In this document: one piece after another, positions 34,693 through 44,155 of the stretch
How positions within the stretch are numbered: the stretch's first letter is position 1
How the letters are laid out: each line of letters opens with the position of its first letter
Source of the DNA: Desulfurivibrionaceae bacterium
GTDB taxonomy: Bacteria; Desulfobacterota; Desulfobulbia; Desulfobulbales; SURF-16
Assembly: GCA_046537975.1 (NCBI GenBank)
Contig: JBKHJR010000004.1
Span: forward strand, 556 to 64,555
DNA: 64,000 nt
Direction of reading: 5' to 3'
Program-made: the position numbers and the translations under genes
The notes under the pieces: model-generated
Database searches by the model: none
Seen by the model: only the letters and a program-made list of their open reading frames with translations
Told to the model about the DNA's origin: nothing

Positions 34693-35633
34693 ACCAACTC
34701 CAAAAAGATCTTTCCCGTCCTATAACCTGTAAGAGGCTGACCCATAGCAGCAGGGAAAAACTCATAATTAACAGAGAATTCGGCAGGACTCTGGCAAGCG
34801 CGGACTTAACGAGCTTTGATAAAGTGTGGGATTATACTGAAGGAGAAATGATAAAAAGTAAAAACAATCGATCTGTCAGCAGAATAGATCTGAAATATTT
34901 TTTACCGGAAAACAGGGATGGTACCCCGGAAGTGGGAACCAACCTGAGGTCTTTTTTTCTTAAAAAACACAGTGAGCCCTTAGGCCTAACCGGAAAAACA
35001 GATTTATGGAAAATATCTGAAAAACTGCAGGGCGAGGGACTCAGAGAGTTTAACAACTACTGCGATTTCCGGAACAAGGGCCTGGCAACCGCAACTCCTG
35101 TAGCCGGAGGTATGCGGAGGACCGGCTCAACATTACGGTCATTTCTGATTACAATGGATTTCAGCCCCTTGTATGCCTTGGAGGATATAATTCTCCGGCA
35201 CCCGGAAAAACTGGAATCGCCGATCAATCAGGAAAAAAGAAAAAATATTCTGGCAGCAATTGCACGTTATGCCCGTCATATGCATAAGCATGCAATTAAC
35301 CAGAAGGATTTCAATGCCACCCATATCCTGGTTAATGATATAGATTCACCGGATCCCGTCATAGCCCTCTTTGATCTCCAGCATGTTGATCGAAAAATAA
35401 TAAACCGCTTCCGTTGGCCGATCAAGGCACTGGCCGAATTGAATGTTAGTCTTCCCCGGTCGATTTTTTCAGAACAGGACAGATTTTTTCTTTTCTGCAG
35501 CTACAAAGGAAAAACCCACCTTGATCTTATTGACAGGTTCAGATATAAATGCGTAGTTAAAAAGACTGAAAAGATACGCAGACACACTCTGAAAAATAAT
35601 CTGGCCCCGAAAAGCAACAGCCTGGAACAATAG
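34689..35633 (+). CDS. lipopolysaccharide kinase (Kdo/WaaP) family protein, divergent
   Basis: RSFLITMDFSPLYALEDI hinge-like segment. Catalytic-loop-like HAINQKDFNATHILVN and ALFDLQHV. 4-nt overlap with the upstream GT gene. Confidence 0.65.
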   Translation: MNQLQKDLSRPITCKRLTHSSREKLIINREFGRTLASADLTSFDKVWDYTEGEMIKSKNNRSVSRIDLKYFLPENRDGTPEVGTNLRSFFLKKHSEPLGLTGKTDLWKISEKLQGEGLREFNNYCDFRNKGLATATPVAGGMRRTGSTLRSFLITMDFSPLYALEDIILRHPEKLESPINQEKRKNILAAIARYARHMHKHAINQKDFNATHILVNDIDSPDPVIALFDLQHVDRKIINRFRWPIKALAELNVSLPRSIFSEQDRFFLFCSYKGKTHLDLIDRFRYKCVVKKTEKIRRHTLKNNLAPKSNSLEQ

Positions 35634-35732
35634 CCTGACCGAAATTATACCATGGTTGATACAACTATTTCTTATCCATTAAACCTGATCAGACTGTCCT
35701 TCAGTTTATGCTGATGATGTTTTTAAATTACA

Positions 35733-36545
35733 ATGCCTTATATGAAAAAATATAGAAAAATCGCTTATAACGGTTTTAAGCTCAAAATATATAAAGAATA
35801 TGTGGATGAGAACCTGTTGCAGAAATGCTGCCGGAATGATCTTGGAAAAGATCCCGATTTCCAGCCTTTCAGCAGCTCCTCATATAGTCGTGTTTTCAAA
35901 TTCAACTACAACGGTCAGGAATATTTTCATAAGGTTTTCTTAAACCGCAACATGTTCGAACCGATTAAAGCCATGTTCAGGGGCAGCCGGGCCGAACGTT
36001 CATTACAAGGAAGCCAGTTGCTCCTGAGACACGGCTTTAATGTTCCCGGCTTTATACTGACAGGCAGCAAGGGAAATTTGAATTTCAGCTTAACAGAAGC
36101 CCCTCCCAACGCCAGAAACTTAACCCAGTTTGTCAGCGAAAAATTCGTTCCTGACCTGAACCGTGAACAGATTGCTCTGAAAAAACGTCTTATCAAGAAA
36201 CTGGGAAGTGTTATAGGGCAATTACATTCTCAGGGGATTTTCCATGGGGACCTGCGCTGGGGCAACATCCTGGTTCAGGAATCACCGCTTGCTATCTGGT
36301 TTGTGGATAATGAAAGAACATCCATCCATGGCAGGTATCTGTCATGTAAAAAAAGACTCAAAAACCTGGTGCAGATAAATATGACTCTGGATCCGGTAAT
36401 AACCAGAACAGATAGAATAGCCTTTTTAATTTCCTATCTCCGGGAAAACAGAGAGTTATTGCCCCGCAAGAATGAACTGGCGGCACAAGTGCAGGAAAGG
36501 ACTGAACTCAGGTTGGCCAAGCATAAGGCTTATAACATCAATTAA
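35733..36545 (+). CDS. lipopolysaccharide kinase (Kdo/WaaP) family protein
   Basis: GIFHGDLRWGNILV catalytic loop and FVDNE (DFG-equivalent). Confidence 0.75.
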   Translation: MPYMKKYRKIAYNGFKLKIYKEYVDENLLQKCCRNDLGKDPDFQPFSSSSYSRVFKFNYNGQEYFHKVFLNRNMFEPIKAMFRGSRAERSLQGSQLLLRHGFNVPGFILTGSKGNLNFSLTEAPPNARNLTQFVSEKFVPDLNREQIALKKRLIKKLGSVIGQLHSQGIFHGDLRWGNILVQESPLAIWFVDNERTSIHGRYLSCKKRLKNLVQINMTLDPVITRTDRIAFLISYLRENRELLPRKNELAAQVQERTELRLAKHKAYNIN

Positions 36546-36581
36546 TCAGTGCCCCTGCCAAAAACTGAGAGCCAACCTTAA

Positions 36582-37220
36582 TCAGGCGTTTTCAGCAGAT
36601 GACTTTTCCTGCGGCGGATGACCGATCACGAATTCAATGCCATGGGCAGGCAGATGATACACCAGATTTTCTTCGTAATATTCCTGAAACCATTGGCAGG
36701 AATTAATTACCCGTCCGAGACCTTTCTTCAGAAAACCCAACAGGGCAAATTCAAACCTAAAGACCAGCTTTTGAGAAATAATTTGAATGCGAAGGTCGGA
36801 ATAAAAATTCGGAACCTTCCGTTTTAGCTGGTGTTCAAAATCCGCATAATAATAGAAAGTATAAAGTCCGAAAGGTCTTACATGGGTGGGATCCGAATAA
36901 TAGTATGGATTTGAGAAATGTGGTACAAATACATAGGCGCGTCCATCTTCTTTCAGCACCCGCATAATTTCCCTTAACAGGAAATCAAAATTATGAATAT
37001 GCTCCAGGACACTGCGGCAATGGATCTCATCCACAGAACGCTGCGGCAGAAAAGAAAGTCCCTTTTCGATGTCTGTGACAATATCAATCTCCGGAAGATC
37101 AAACTGGTCGATCCCGATCCGCCCCGGTTTCTTTTTTTGCCCGCAGCCGATATCGATAATCACCGGCTGATCCTCCTTATGCAATCTCTTGTCGATGTCG
37201 ATTCTTATTTCCGTTTCCAT
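36582..37220 (-). CDS. class I SAM-dependent methyltransferase
   Basis: VIIDIGCGQKKKPG (motif I) and a Methyltransf_11-like layout. Confidence 0.75.
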   Translation of the reverse strand: METEIRIDIDKRLHKEDQPVIIDIGCGQKKKPGRIGIDQFDLPEIDIVTDIEKGLSFLPQRSVDEIHCRSVLEHIHNFDFLLREIMRVLKEDGRAYVFVPHFSNPYYYSDPTHVRPFGLYTFYYYADFEHQLKRKVPNFYSDLRIQIISQKLVFRFEFALLGFLKKGLGRVINSCQWFQEYYEENLVYHLPAHGIEFVIGHPPQEKSSAENA

Positions 37221-37353
37221 TGGTTCCCATAGTCCACAATTGCCTGACAGTTTCTGATCTTAACGTCCCTGATGAATAATACACGCCAGAAATTGTTCTT
37301 GTTATTTTTTCATGGTGCATATTATAGTGACAACCTCGTAAGTAAGGATAAAT

Positions 37354-38343
37354 ATGACACGAAAACGCTTATTGATATTATCCAACAACCCCCTAAGGGC
37401 AAGTTTCCGGCAGCGGATCGGTATCTATCTGGACCGGCTTACCGAGGCCGGCATAGAGTGGCGTCTGGAAAAATTACCCAAAAGCTATCTCAATCGCTGG
37501 CACCTATTGCGGCAGGCAAAGGATTATGATGCTGTACTGCTGCATAAAAAGACCCTGAATATCTGGGATGCAAGAATTCTTCGAAACTCCGCCCGGTCAA
37601 TCATCTACGATTTTGATGATGCGATTATGTACAGTCCCCGGCAACCGGAAAAAGACAATACCTCTCACTTTCGATTATTCCGCCGGACGGCAGGAATATC
37701 GGATCTGGCTATTGCCGGCAATGACTACCTGGCTGATCTTGCTCGTCCGTTTTCTTCGAATGTGGAGATCCTGCCTACCGGCTTGGATTTATCGGAATAT
37801 CAAGAAATCGATTCACAACAACCAGACTCCTATATCCGGCTGGTCTGGATCGGCAGCCGGGCAACTTTAAAATATTTAGCCGATATTGCCCCTGCTTTAG
37901 AAGAAATCGGCCGGATGGATAATTCCGTTATACTGCGCATTATCTGTGATGATTTTCTGGAGATGGACTCCATGCCCGTGGAAAAATGTTCCTGGTCAAT
38001 GCAGACGCAGATAAAAGACCTGTCTGAGTGCGATATCGGCCTGGCCCCCTTGCCGGATAACCGCTTTACGCGGGGCAAATGTGGATTTAAAGTACTGCAA
38101 TATTTTGCCGCTGGTTTGCCGACAGTAGCTTCGCCGGTGGAAATCAATGGAAAGTTGATTTCGGAAAGCGGCGCCGGATTAACAGCAGAAGACCCGGAGC
38201 AGTGGAAAGAATCCTTGCTGAAATTGATCCGTGACAGCAGCCTGCGCAAAAAACAGGGCAGTAATGCCCAGCAATATATAAACAATTATGGGCTTGAGCC
38301 GGTCGGCAGCCGGTTTATTGAGATTATTCGCAGTGTAATCTGA
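37354..38343 (+). CDS. glycosyltransferase (GT-B fold, family 1/4-like)
   Basis: 329 aa. The C-terminal region GKCGFKVLQYFAAGLPTVASPVEINGKLI resembles the GT1/GT4 nucleotide-sugar binding region. Confidence 0.65.
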   Translation: MTRKRLLILSNNPLRASFRQRIGIYLDRLTEAGIEWRLEKLPKSYLNRWHLLRQAKDYDAVLLHKKTLNIWDARILRNSARSIIYDFDDAIMYSPRQPEKDNTSHFRLFRRTAGISDLAIAGNDYLADLARPFSSNVEILPTGLDLSEYQEIDSQQPDSYIRLVWIGSRATLKYLADIAPALEEIGRMDNSVILRIICDDFLEMDSMPVEKCSWSMQTQIKDLSECDIGLAPLPDNRFTRGKCGFKVLQYFAAGLPTVASPVEINGKLISESGAGLTAEDPEQWKESLLKLIRDSSLRKKQGSNAQQYINNYGLEPVGSRFIEIIRSVI

Positions 38344-38537
38344 TGTAGTGTACCGTTTTTTCTGTCCTCTTTCTGAACACGAAATTATTGTAGTAATCTT
38401 GGCATTCCAGAACCAGTCACCCTTTTGCTTTTGATGGATCTCACGGTAAAGTCTTCAAAGAAACGGAGGGTTCTTGCCAATGTGTAATAACCAAGAACTT
38501 CACTTCTCCCTCTTTTTCTGCACATATTAAATAATAT

Positions 38538-39323
38538 CTAAGTTGCAGCCGGTCGCCTTTTTTCATACTTTCCTCGTTTCCGGGCCAACTGCTTATAAAG
38601 ACTCTTCTCCACTTTTCCGGCACGCCCCCTGAATGCCTTTAAATAACCGGTAATTAGCTTATCCTCTACTCTTTTTGCCATATTAAACTCAGTGGCCGAC
38701 AAAATAAACCGGGCCAGATCCCTCCCCATGGCAGCAGGCGAATTGCAGACTCGGACATGATCCAGATCAGTTAAAATAATTTCACTTTCATGTCCTGGTA
38801 CGTAAAGGATATTGCTCCATTTCAAATCTCCATGAATGAAGCCCTTTCCATGCAGAGAAGCAATTACCAATAAAGCCTGCTCTAAGATGTTGATTATCTG
38901 ATCTTCTGTCCCACTTGTTCTATCCCTGGCCATCTTACCGAGATTATTGCCTTCAAGCCATTGACTTACCTGCCAGGTATGAGAGACAAAACCTTTATCT
39001 CTGATTTCCAGATAAAGCAGCTGTTCAACCACCGGAATATCAAGATCTATTAAAGTGGATGAAAAGTTCCAGGTTATTCTACCAGGGGGTATACGAAAAA
39101 AAGATAATTGTTTCTTGTAACCTTGCCACTCCCTATGCTGTAGACAGACTTCTCCCCAGGGTTCAAGTCTGGTCTTCAAAGTAAGTTTATCATTATCACT
39201 TTTCAAGACCTTGTTGGGATTTTCGGCGGCTGACTTTACCCTGGGAAGCCAATATCCTGGTTTATCATCCAATTCCTGTTTTCGGCACAAACAGATTATT
39301 TCAGAAGCATTTTTAATAATCAA
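38538..39323 (-). CDS. lipopolysaccharide kinase (Kdo/WaaP) family protein
   Basis: GFIHGDLKWSNILY catalytic loop and ILTDLDHV. The start codon at 39323 is TTG. Confidence 0.75.
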   Translation of the reverse strand: MIIKNASEIICLCRKQELDDKPGYWLPRVKSAAENPNKVLKSDNDKLTLKTRLEPWGEVCLQHREWQGYKKQLSFFRIPPGRITWNFSSTLIDLDIPVVEQLLYLEIRDKGFVSHTWQVSQWLEGNNLGKMARDRTSGTEDQIINILEQALLVIASLHGKGFIHGDLKWSNILYVPGHESEIILTDLDHVRVCNSPAAMGRDLARFILSATEFNMAKRVEDKLITGYLKAFRGRAGKVEKSLYKQLARKRGKYEKRRPAAT

Positions 39324-39328
39324 GTTAA

Positions 39329-40471
39329 TTAATTAACTCCGGCAATCTCTTTATATAGGCCATCGGTTTCAGCGATCATGGTCCGGGCGTCGAAAAAGGA
39401 AGATTTCTCTTTTATCTCTGCTACTGCCTGACTATATTTTTCAGGCGACCAACTCATTACCGCGTTCATAGCCTTGGCCAGATCTTCCTTCTGGCCGGGC
39501 TCCACCATGTAACTATGACTGTTTTCGGTCAGTGGAGACAATATCTCGGGAATGCCCCCGGTTTCACTGGCGACTATGGGTAGTCCGGCGGCCATGGCTT
39601 CCAGGAGAGCCAACCCAAATCCTTCCTTCCAGGACGGCATCACAAAGCCATCCAGGGCGTTAAGGAAATCCGGAATATTGGCGGTCTTACCCGGAAGAGT
39701 GACATTATCGTCAATTCCCAGATCCTGGCTCAATCTTTCAAGTTCGGTTCTCAAGGGACCTTCTCCGGCAATAACCAGATGCCCGCCCCGCTCCTTTAAT
39801 CCACCGCCGGCCCAAGCTTTGAGCAAAACCTCATGTCCTTTTACCGGGACCAGTCTGCCGGCAGTACCCCATAGCCAACGGTCAGGAGGTAGGCCCCACT
39901 CTCTCCTGATTTCCTCTTTACTCTTAGCCACATTAGCCAAGGGCTTCAAGTCAATGCCGTTATATAATACCCGGAGCCTGCCGGGATCAAGTCCTGGATT
40001 GGTAGATATAACATCCTGTCTGACAGATTCAGATACACAGATGAAGGCGTGAGCCCTTGGCCATAATATCCGGTTCTGGATTCTCCGGGCCAGGGTCCTG
40101 GTCCGATTCATGCCATGAATTGTAGACACCAATTTGATGTCCCTGTTTTTTCTGGCCGCCAGGAGTCCGTAAAAAGTGGGCTTATGGCGATGGGCATGGA
40201 TAATATCCACATCATTGTCCCGGACAATCCTGTCCAGCTCTTTTACCACCCCATATCTGAAATGACGTAAATCTTTCTTGGCATAAGGCAACCATATTAC
40301 ATTATAGCCGAGATCCAGGAGAGAATCGGCTTTATTGCCGTTATCGGTCAAATAACAGACGATATGTTTATATCCCTCGTTTAAACCAAGAATAACCTGG
40401 TTAATCAAAGGATAGTCACCTGCAAACCGGTTTCTCAGATGTAATACCGTAATTTTTTTTCCTGGATTCAT
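39329..40471 (-). CDS. glycosyltransferase family 4
   Basis: EGFGLALLEAMAAGLPIVASETGGIPEIL (EX7E). Start set at the ATG at 40471 (MNPGKKITVLHL...); the ORF track extends to a TTG at 40546. Confidence 0.85.
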   Translation of the reverse strand: MNPGKKITVLHLRNRFAGDYPLINQVILGLNEGYKHIVCYLTDNGNKADSLLDLGYNVIWLPYAKKDLRHFRYGVVKELDRIVRDNDVDIIHAHRHKPTFYGLLAARKNRDIKLVSTIHGMNRTRTLARRIQNRILWPRAHAFICVSESVRQDVISTNPGLDPGRLRVLYNGIDLKPLANVAKSKEEIRREWGLPPDRWLWGTAGRLVPVKGHEVLLKAWAGGGLKERGGHLVIAGEGPLRTELERLSQDLGIDDNVTLPGKTANIPDFLNALDGFVMPSWKEGFGLALLEAMAAGLPIVASETGGIPEILSPLTENSHSYMVEPGQKEDLAKAMNAVMSWSPEKYSQAVAEIKEKSSFFDARTMIAETDGLYKEIAGVN

Positions 40472-40822
40472 TTTCTGCTGTCTGCCGTTATTAATAAAAA
40501 AGATTTTTAAAGGTATTGGGCTGGCCGGACTCGGCTGACCGGACAAAGTAAGGCCTTAAGGTGCTTATAAGCCCCTCATTCCATTTCAAGATTAATCCTT
40601 CTTGCTGATCATAACACATCTAAGTTAATATGATTTTGAAATAATTAGATTTAAGTGAAAGCCTTCCTTTTTTAGTGAAAATTATCTTGTTCCCATCAGG
40701 TAAGAAGTGGGGGTAAACAGAGCCTGTCCCCTGAGAGTTTAAAAATTGGACCTGGAACCGTTCGGCTTATTAATAAGTGGAGTCACGGCGGTAATCCATG
40801 GACTGAAAAAACAGTATAAACT

Positions 40823-41896
40823 ATGCTATATACCCGTCTTATCCTCTTCATGTCAACTATACTTGTTCTGATTTCTCCTGATTTCACCCCTGCCCTGAAC
40901 AATGATTACGGTTTAACAACAGAGGACGAGCTTAACTACCCTGCTAAACAAACCGCGATTCAAAGATTCTGGAAAGGTACCCGGGAAGGGGCATTCAAGG
41001 GATGCGGCGATATTACCATAAGATACAGATACACCGACAGTCAGGGAGATAAAGGGGGAATTGTTATAGTAAACGGCCGGAGAGAAAGTTTTCTTAAATA
41101 CAAGGAAACTGCTTATGACCTTTACAGACAGGGATTTTCTATCTATATGTATGATCACCGGGGACAGGGAGTTTCAGGCAGGATGTTGCATGACCCCTGC
41201 ATAGGCCATGTCGAGGATTTCAACCACTACGTCCGGGACCTGAAAAAATTTTACCAGCAGGTTGTCAACGAAAAAGAGAAAAACGACGTCTATCTATTAG
41301 CCCACTCCATGGGAGGGGCAATCGCTGCCCTGTATCTGGAAGAGTATCCTGGAGATTTCCGGGCGGCTGCCCTTGCCTCCCCAATGATGGAGATAAATAC
41401 CGGGATAGTGCCAACCGCTGTTGCCTGCAAAACAGCGGACTGGCTGCAAGGGATCAGGCAGCTTATGGAGTGGCGCTCCGACTATATCCCCTTTACCGGA
41501 CCTTATAAAAAAAAGTCCTTTTCTGAGAACCGGCTGAGCCACAGCCAAATAAGATATAAGATTTTCACATCATTATATGAGAAGAGACCTGAGGCCGCTC
41601 TGGGCGGTCCTTCGCCCGGTTGGGTCAGTGCTGCCTGTAAGGCCGGCCGGAAAGCCAGACAGGAAGCCGACCGTATCAAGACTCCTGTATTGTTACTCCA
41701 GGCGGGTCAGGATGAACTGGTTACCGCCAGCGGCCAGCAGGAATTCTGCGACCATCTGGTTTCCGGCGGCACCAGCCGCTGCCATGGAGGAGGGCCAAAG
41801 GTAATCAAAGGCGCCTATCATGAACTCTTGATTGAAAAAGATGAGTACAGAATCCCCGCTTTGACCCAAGTGTTAGACTTTTTTGCAAAACAGTGA
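40823..41896 (+). CDS. secreted alpha/beta hydrolase (lysophospholipase L2/PldB-like)
   Basis: N-terminal signal/TM segment, nucleophile elbow LLAHSMGG, and C-terminal GAYHELLIEKD (catalytic His context). Confidence 0.75.
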   Translation: MLYTRLILFMSTILVLISPDFTPALNNDYGLTTEDELNYPAKQTAIQRFWKGTREGAFKGCGDITIRYRYTDSQGDKGGIVIVNGRRESFLKYKETAYDLYRQGFSIYMYDHRGQGVSGRMLHDPCIGHVEDFNHYVRDLKKFYQQVVNEKEKNDVYLLAHSMGGAIAALYLEEYPGDFRAAALASPMMEINTGIVPTAVACKTADWLQGIRQLMEWRSDYIPFTGPYKKKSFSENRLSHSQIRYKIFTSLYEKRPEAALGGPSPGWVSAACKAGRKARQEADRIKTPVLLLQAGQDELVTASGQQEFCDHLVSGGTSRCHGGGPKVIKGAYHELLIEKDEYRIPALTQVLDFFAKQ

Positions 41897-41929
41897 TTCC
41901 CGGTGGTCGGGCTGACACCTGAACTCCAC

Positions 41930-43666
41930 TTAATTAAAGGAATAATACAGTTCATTATAAGTTGTTGAGGATGCCAGTAATTCTTCATGGGATCCTTGAT
42001 CCGCAATTTTTCCATCCTGCAGGACAAGAATTCGGTCAGCATGGCGAATAGTTGAAAGACGATGGGCTATAACAATTGTAGTTTTATCCTTCATCAATCT
42101 TTCCAGGGCCTCCTGTACCAGTTTTTCCGAGACCGAATCAAGGGAGGAAGTCGCCTCATCAAGAATCAGGATGGGAGAATTTTTTAAAATCGCCCGGGCA
42201 ATAGCTAACCGCTGCCGCTGCCCCCCTGAGAGATTTGCGCCCCGCTCTCCCAGAAATGTCTCATAGCCATCGGGTAATTCTTCTATAAAACTATCGGCAT
42301 AGGCGAGCTTTGCTGCTTTTTTAATATCGTCAAAGCTGGTAGGGGTTCCAAAAGATATATTATCTTTTACTGTATCATGAAAAAGTACGACATCCTGGCT
42401 AACCAAACCAAAAAGCCTGCGCAGATCTGATAAATCGGCATCGACCAGATTCAAACCATCAATCTGCACTTCACCTTTGTATGGATCATAGAATCTCAGG
42501 AGCAAATCAACAAGTGTAGTTTTACCGGCGCCGCTTGGACCAACTATAGCAAGCACCTCACCTTTATGAATTGTCAGGTTAATATCCTGCAAAACCAATT
42601 CACCATCCGGTGAGTATCTGTGTGAGACTCCTTTGTAGCTAATCTCTTTCCGCAGTTCTTTTACAGGCGTTTTGCCGCTTTCTTCAACTTCCATTTCTTC
42701 AAGCCACCATAATCTCTGGGCGGCACCCTCAACTTCCCTGAATTCGGTATAGGCCTTGGCTAACTGTTTGAGGGGACCAAAAGTCATGGCAACAGCTCCT
42801 AAAGCAGAAAAAAGATCACCACTGGTAATCACGTCATTTATAACAAGAGATCCACCATACCAAATCACCAAGGCTACCCCGATTCCACTGGAAAAATTGG
42901 CAATTAACCTGGTTAATTCTTTATGAATGATAATTCTTCTTTCTTGCTTAAAATTGGCATTATTTTGCTCATAAAATCTATCTGCCAGCCATTTTTCATT
43001 AACGAAAGACTTCACGACCTTTGCACCGTTTGAGGTTTCATTAATGATATGGCTTAGCATGGCGATATTCTGCTGGGCACGCCCCCTTTTCTTCTTGACC
43101 TTTTTCCCCTGATAGCGGGCGTAGTGAATAATGCCCGGTAGAACAAGCATAGCTAATAAGGTAACGTCCCAACGTCGATAGATAGCAACACCAAATAAAA
43201 CTATAATCGTCGGCACGTCCTTGAAAAAACTAAGCAGAACAACGGATAACAGTTTTCTAAGCTGCCCTGTATCGGTGATTATTCTGGAGATGAATTTCCC
43301 GGAAGTCTCTCTGCTTATAGAGGGCAAAGATATTTTCAGAAAATGACTGTAGAGACGTCCGCGAAGATCACGCACCATTTGAAAACCGGTGCTGGCCATC
43401 AAATAGGTATAGGTCATCTGGCATACTCCCTGTATTCCATAAACCAGGACTACAACCAGAGGAAACCATACAAGCATATCGTGATTATTTTCTACAAATA
43501 ATGAATCAACTACCGGTTTTACCAACCAGGCAATAGCGCCGTTGGAGGCTGAGACCGCCATACTGAAGAAAGCGGCCAGAATAACACGCTTAGAATAGGG
43601 ACGAACCAGTTCAACAATTCTCTGGCCAAAAATATTATAGAGGAATCTTTCAATATATCTTTTCAT
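41930..43666 (-). CDS. msbA: lipid A export ABC transporter, fused permease/ATPase (MsbA-like)
   Basis: 578 aa. 6-TM ABC_membrane domain followed by GPSGAGKTT, LSGGQRQRLAIARA and ILILDEATSSLD. Confidence 0.85.
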   Translation of the reverse strand: MKRYIERFLYNIFGQRIVELVRPYSKRVILAAFFSMAVSASNGAIAWLVKPVVDSLFVENNHDMLVWFPLVVVLVYGIQGVCQMTYTYLMASTGFQMVRDLRGRLYSHFLKISLPSISRETSGKFISRIITDTGQLRKLLSVVLLSFFKDVPTIIVLFGVAIYRRWDVTLLAMLVLPGIIHYARYQGKKVKKKRGRAQQNIAMLSHIINETSNGAKVVKSFVNEKWLADRFYEQNNANFKQERRIIIHKELTRLIANFSSGIGVALVIWYGGSLVINDVITSGDLFSALGAVAMTFGPLKQLAKAYTEFREVEGAAQRLWWLEEMEVEESGKTPVKELRKEISYKGVSHRYSPDGELVLQDINLTIHKGEVLAIVGPSGAGKTTLVDLLLRFYDPYKGEVQIDGLNLVDADLSDLRRLFGLVSQDVVLFHDTVKDNISFGTPTSFDDIKKAAKLAYADSFIEELPDGYETFLGERGANLSGGQRQRLAIARAILKNSPILILDEATSSLDSVSEKLVQEALERLMKDKTTIVIAHRLSTIRHADRILVLQDGKIADQGSHEELLASSTTYNELYYSFN

Positions 43667-43716
43667 TTGGATTTTAAGTCCAGACGACCGGTGTTAAATT
43701 AAGCATTGAGATTATG

Positions 43717-44060
43717 GTTGGTAATAGAGATTAACATCCCTGAGAAACATCGAAACTGTAATATATACCCGCGTCATCCTCTTAATGTCAACTGTACTTG
43801 TTCTGACCTCTGCAGTTTACACCTTTTCCAGTATGACTATTCACTTTATGACAGAAGAAGAACTTAATTCACCGGAGCGGATCATTCAGAGGGTTTCGGC
43901 GATATTTTTCCAGGATATCAGTACACCTGTAGAAAAGAAAATAATGATGGAAGATCTTGATCACATTTATCTATTAAGGATAGACAGGTAGTCAGTACCG
44001 GAGGTTCCTCCTGCCTGTATGATGCATGTCCTATTTTCTCCAGGCCGGGGCAGGATATGC
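43717..44060 (+). pseudogene. decayed paralogous fragment of the 40823-41896 alpha/beta hydrolase gene (5' end plus internal pieces)
   Basis: 43753-43830 aligns by eye with 40818-40895 at roughly three quarters identity; the ancestral ATG is now GTA. Peptide (I)YTRVILLMSTVLVLTS...MTEEELNSPERIIQR compares with LYTRLILFMSTILVLIS...LTTEDELNYPAKQTAIQR, and DHIYLLRIDR* with NDVYLLAHSMGG. The fragment is truncated with internal deletions. Confidence 0.65.
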
Positions 44061-44155
44061 TGCTAAGCTGGTTAGAGGTCAAAAAATAACCTTTTTTCGC
44101 TGGACAGGATAATTAAAGAGAATCCCCCCCTCTTATCAGCAACAGCTACAAGAAC

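Noticed and set aside
38344-38537. Possible fourth LPS-kinase remnant in the convergent spacer, which is the tail of the 60-aa ORF 38441-38623. Its translation ...AEKEGEVKFLVITHWQEPSVSLKTLP resembles the hinge segment EIRDKGFVSHTWQVSQWLEG of the adjacent kinase.
   Set aside because: The similarity spans only about 25 residues and is weak. No other kinase motifs are recoverable in any frame. This is too little to call a pseudogene.
43785-43991. 68-aa ORF from the track treated as a real gene.
   Set aside because: It is the internal-ATG reading of a decayed copy of the hydrolase 5' end. The homology begins upstream of its ATG and the ancestral start is mutated. It is annotated as a pseudogene fragment instead.
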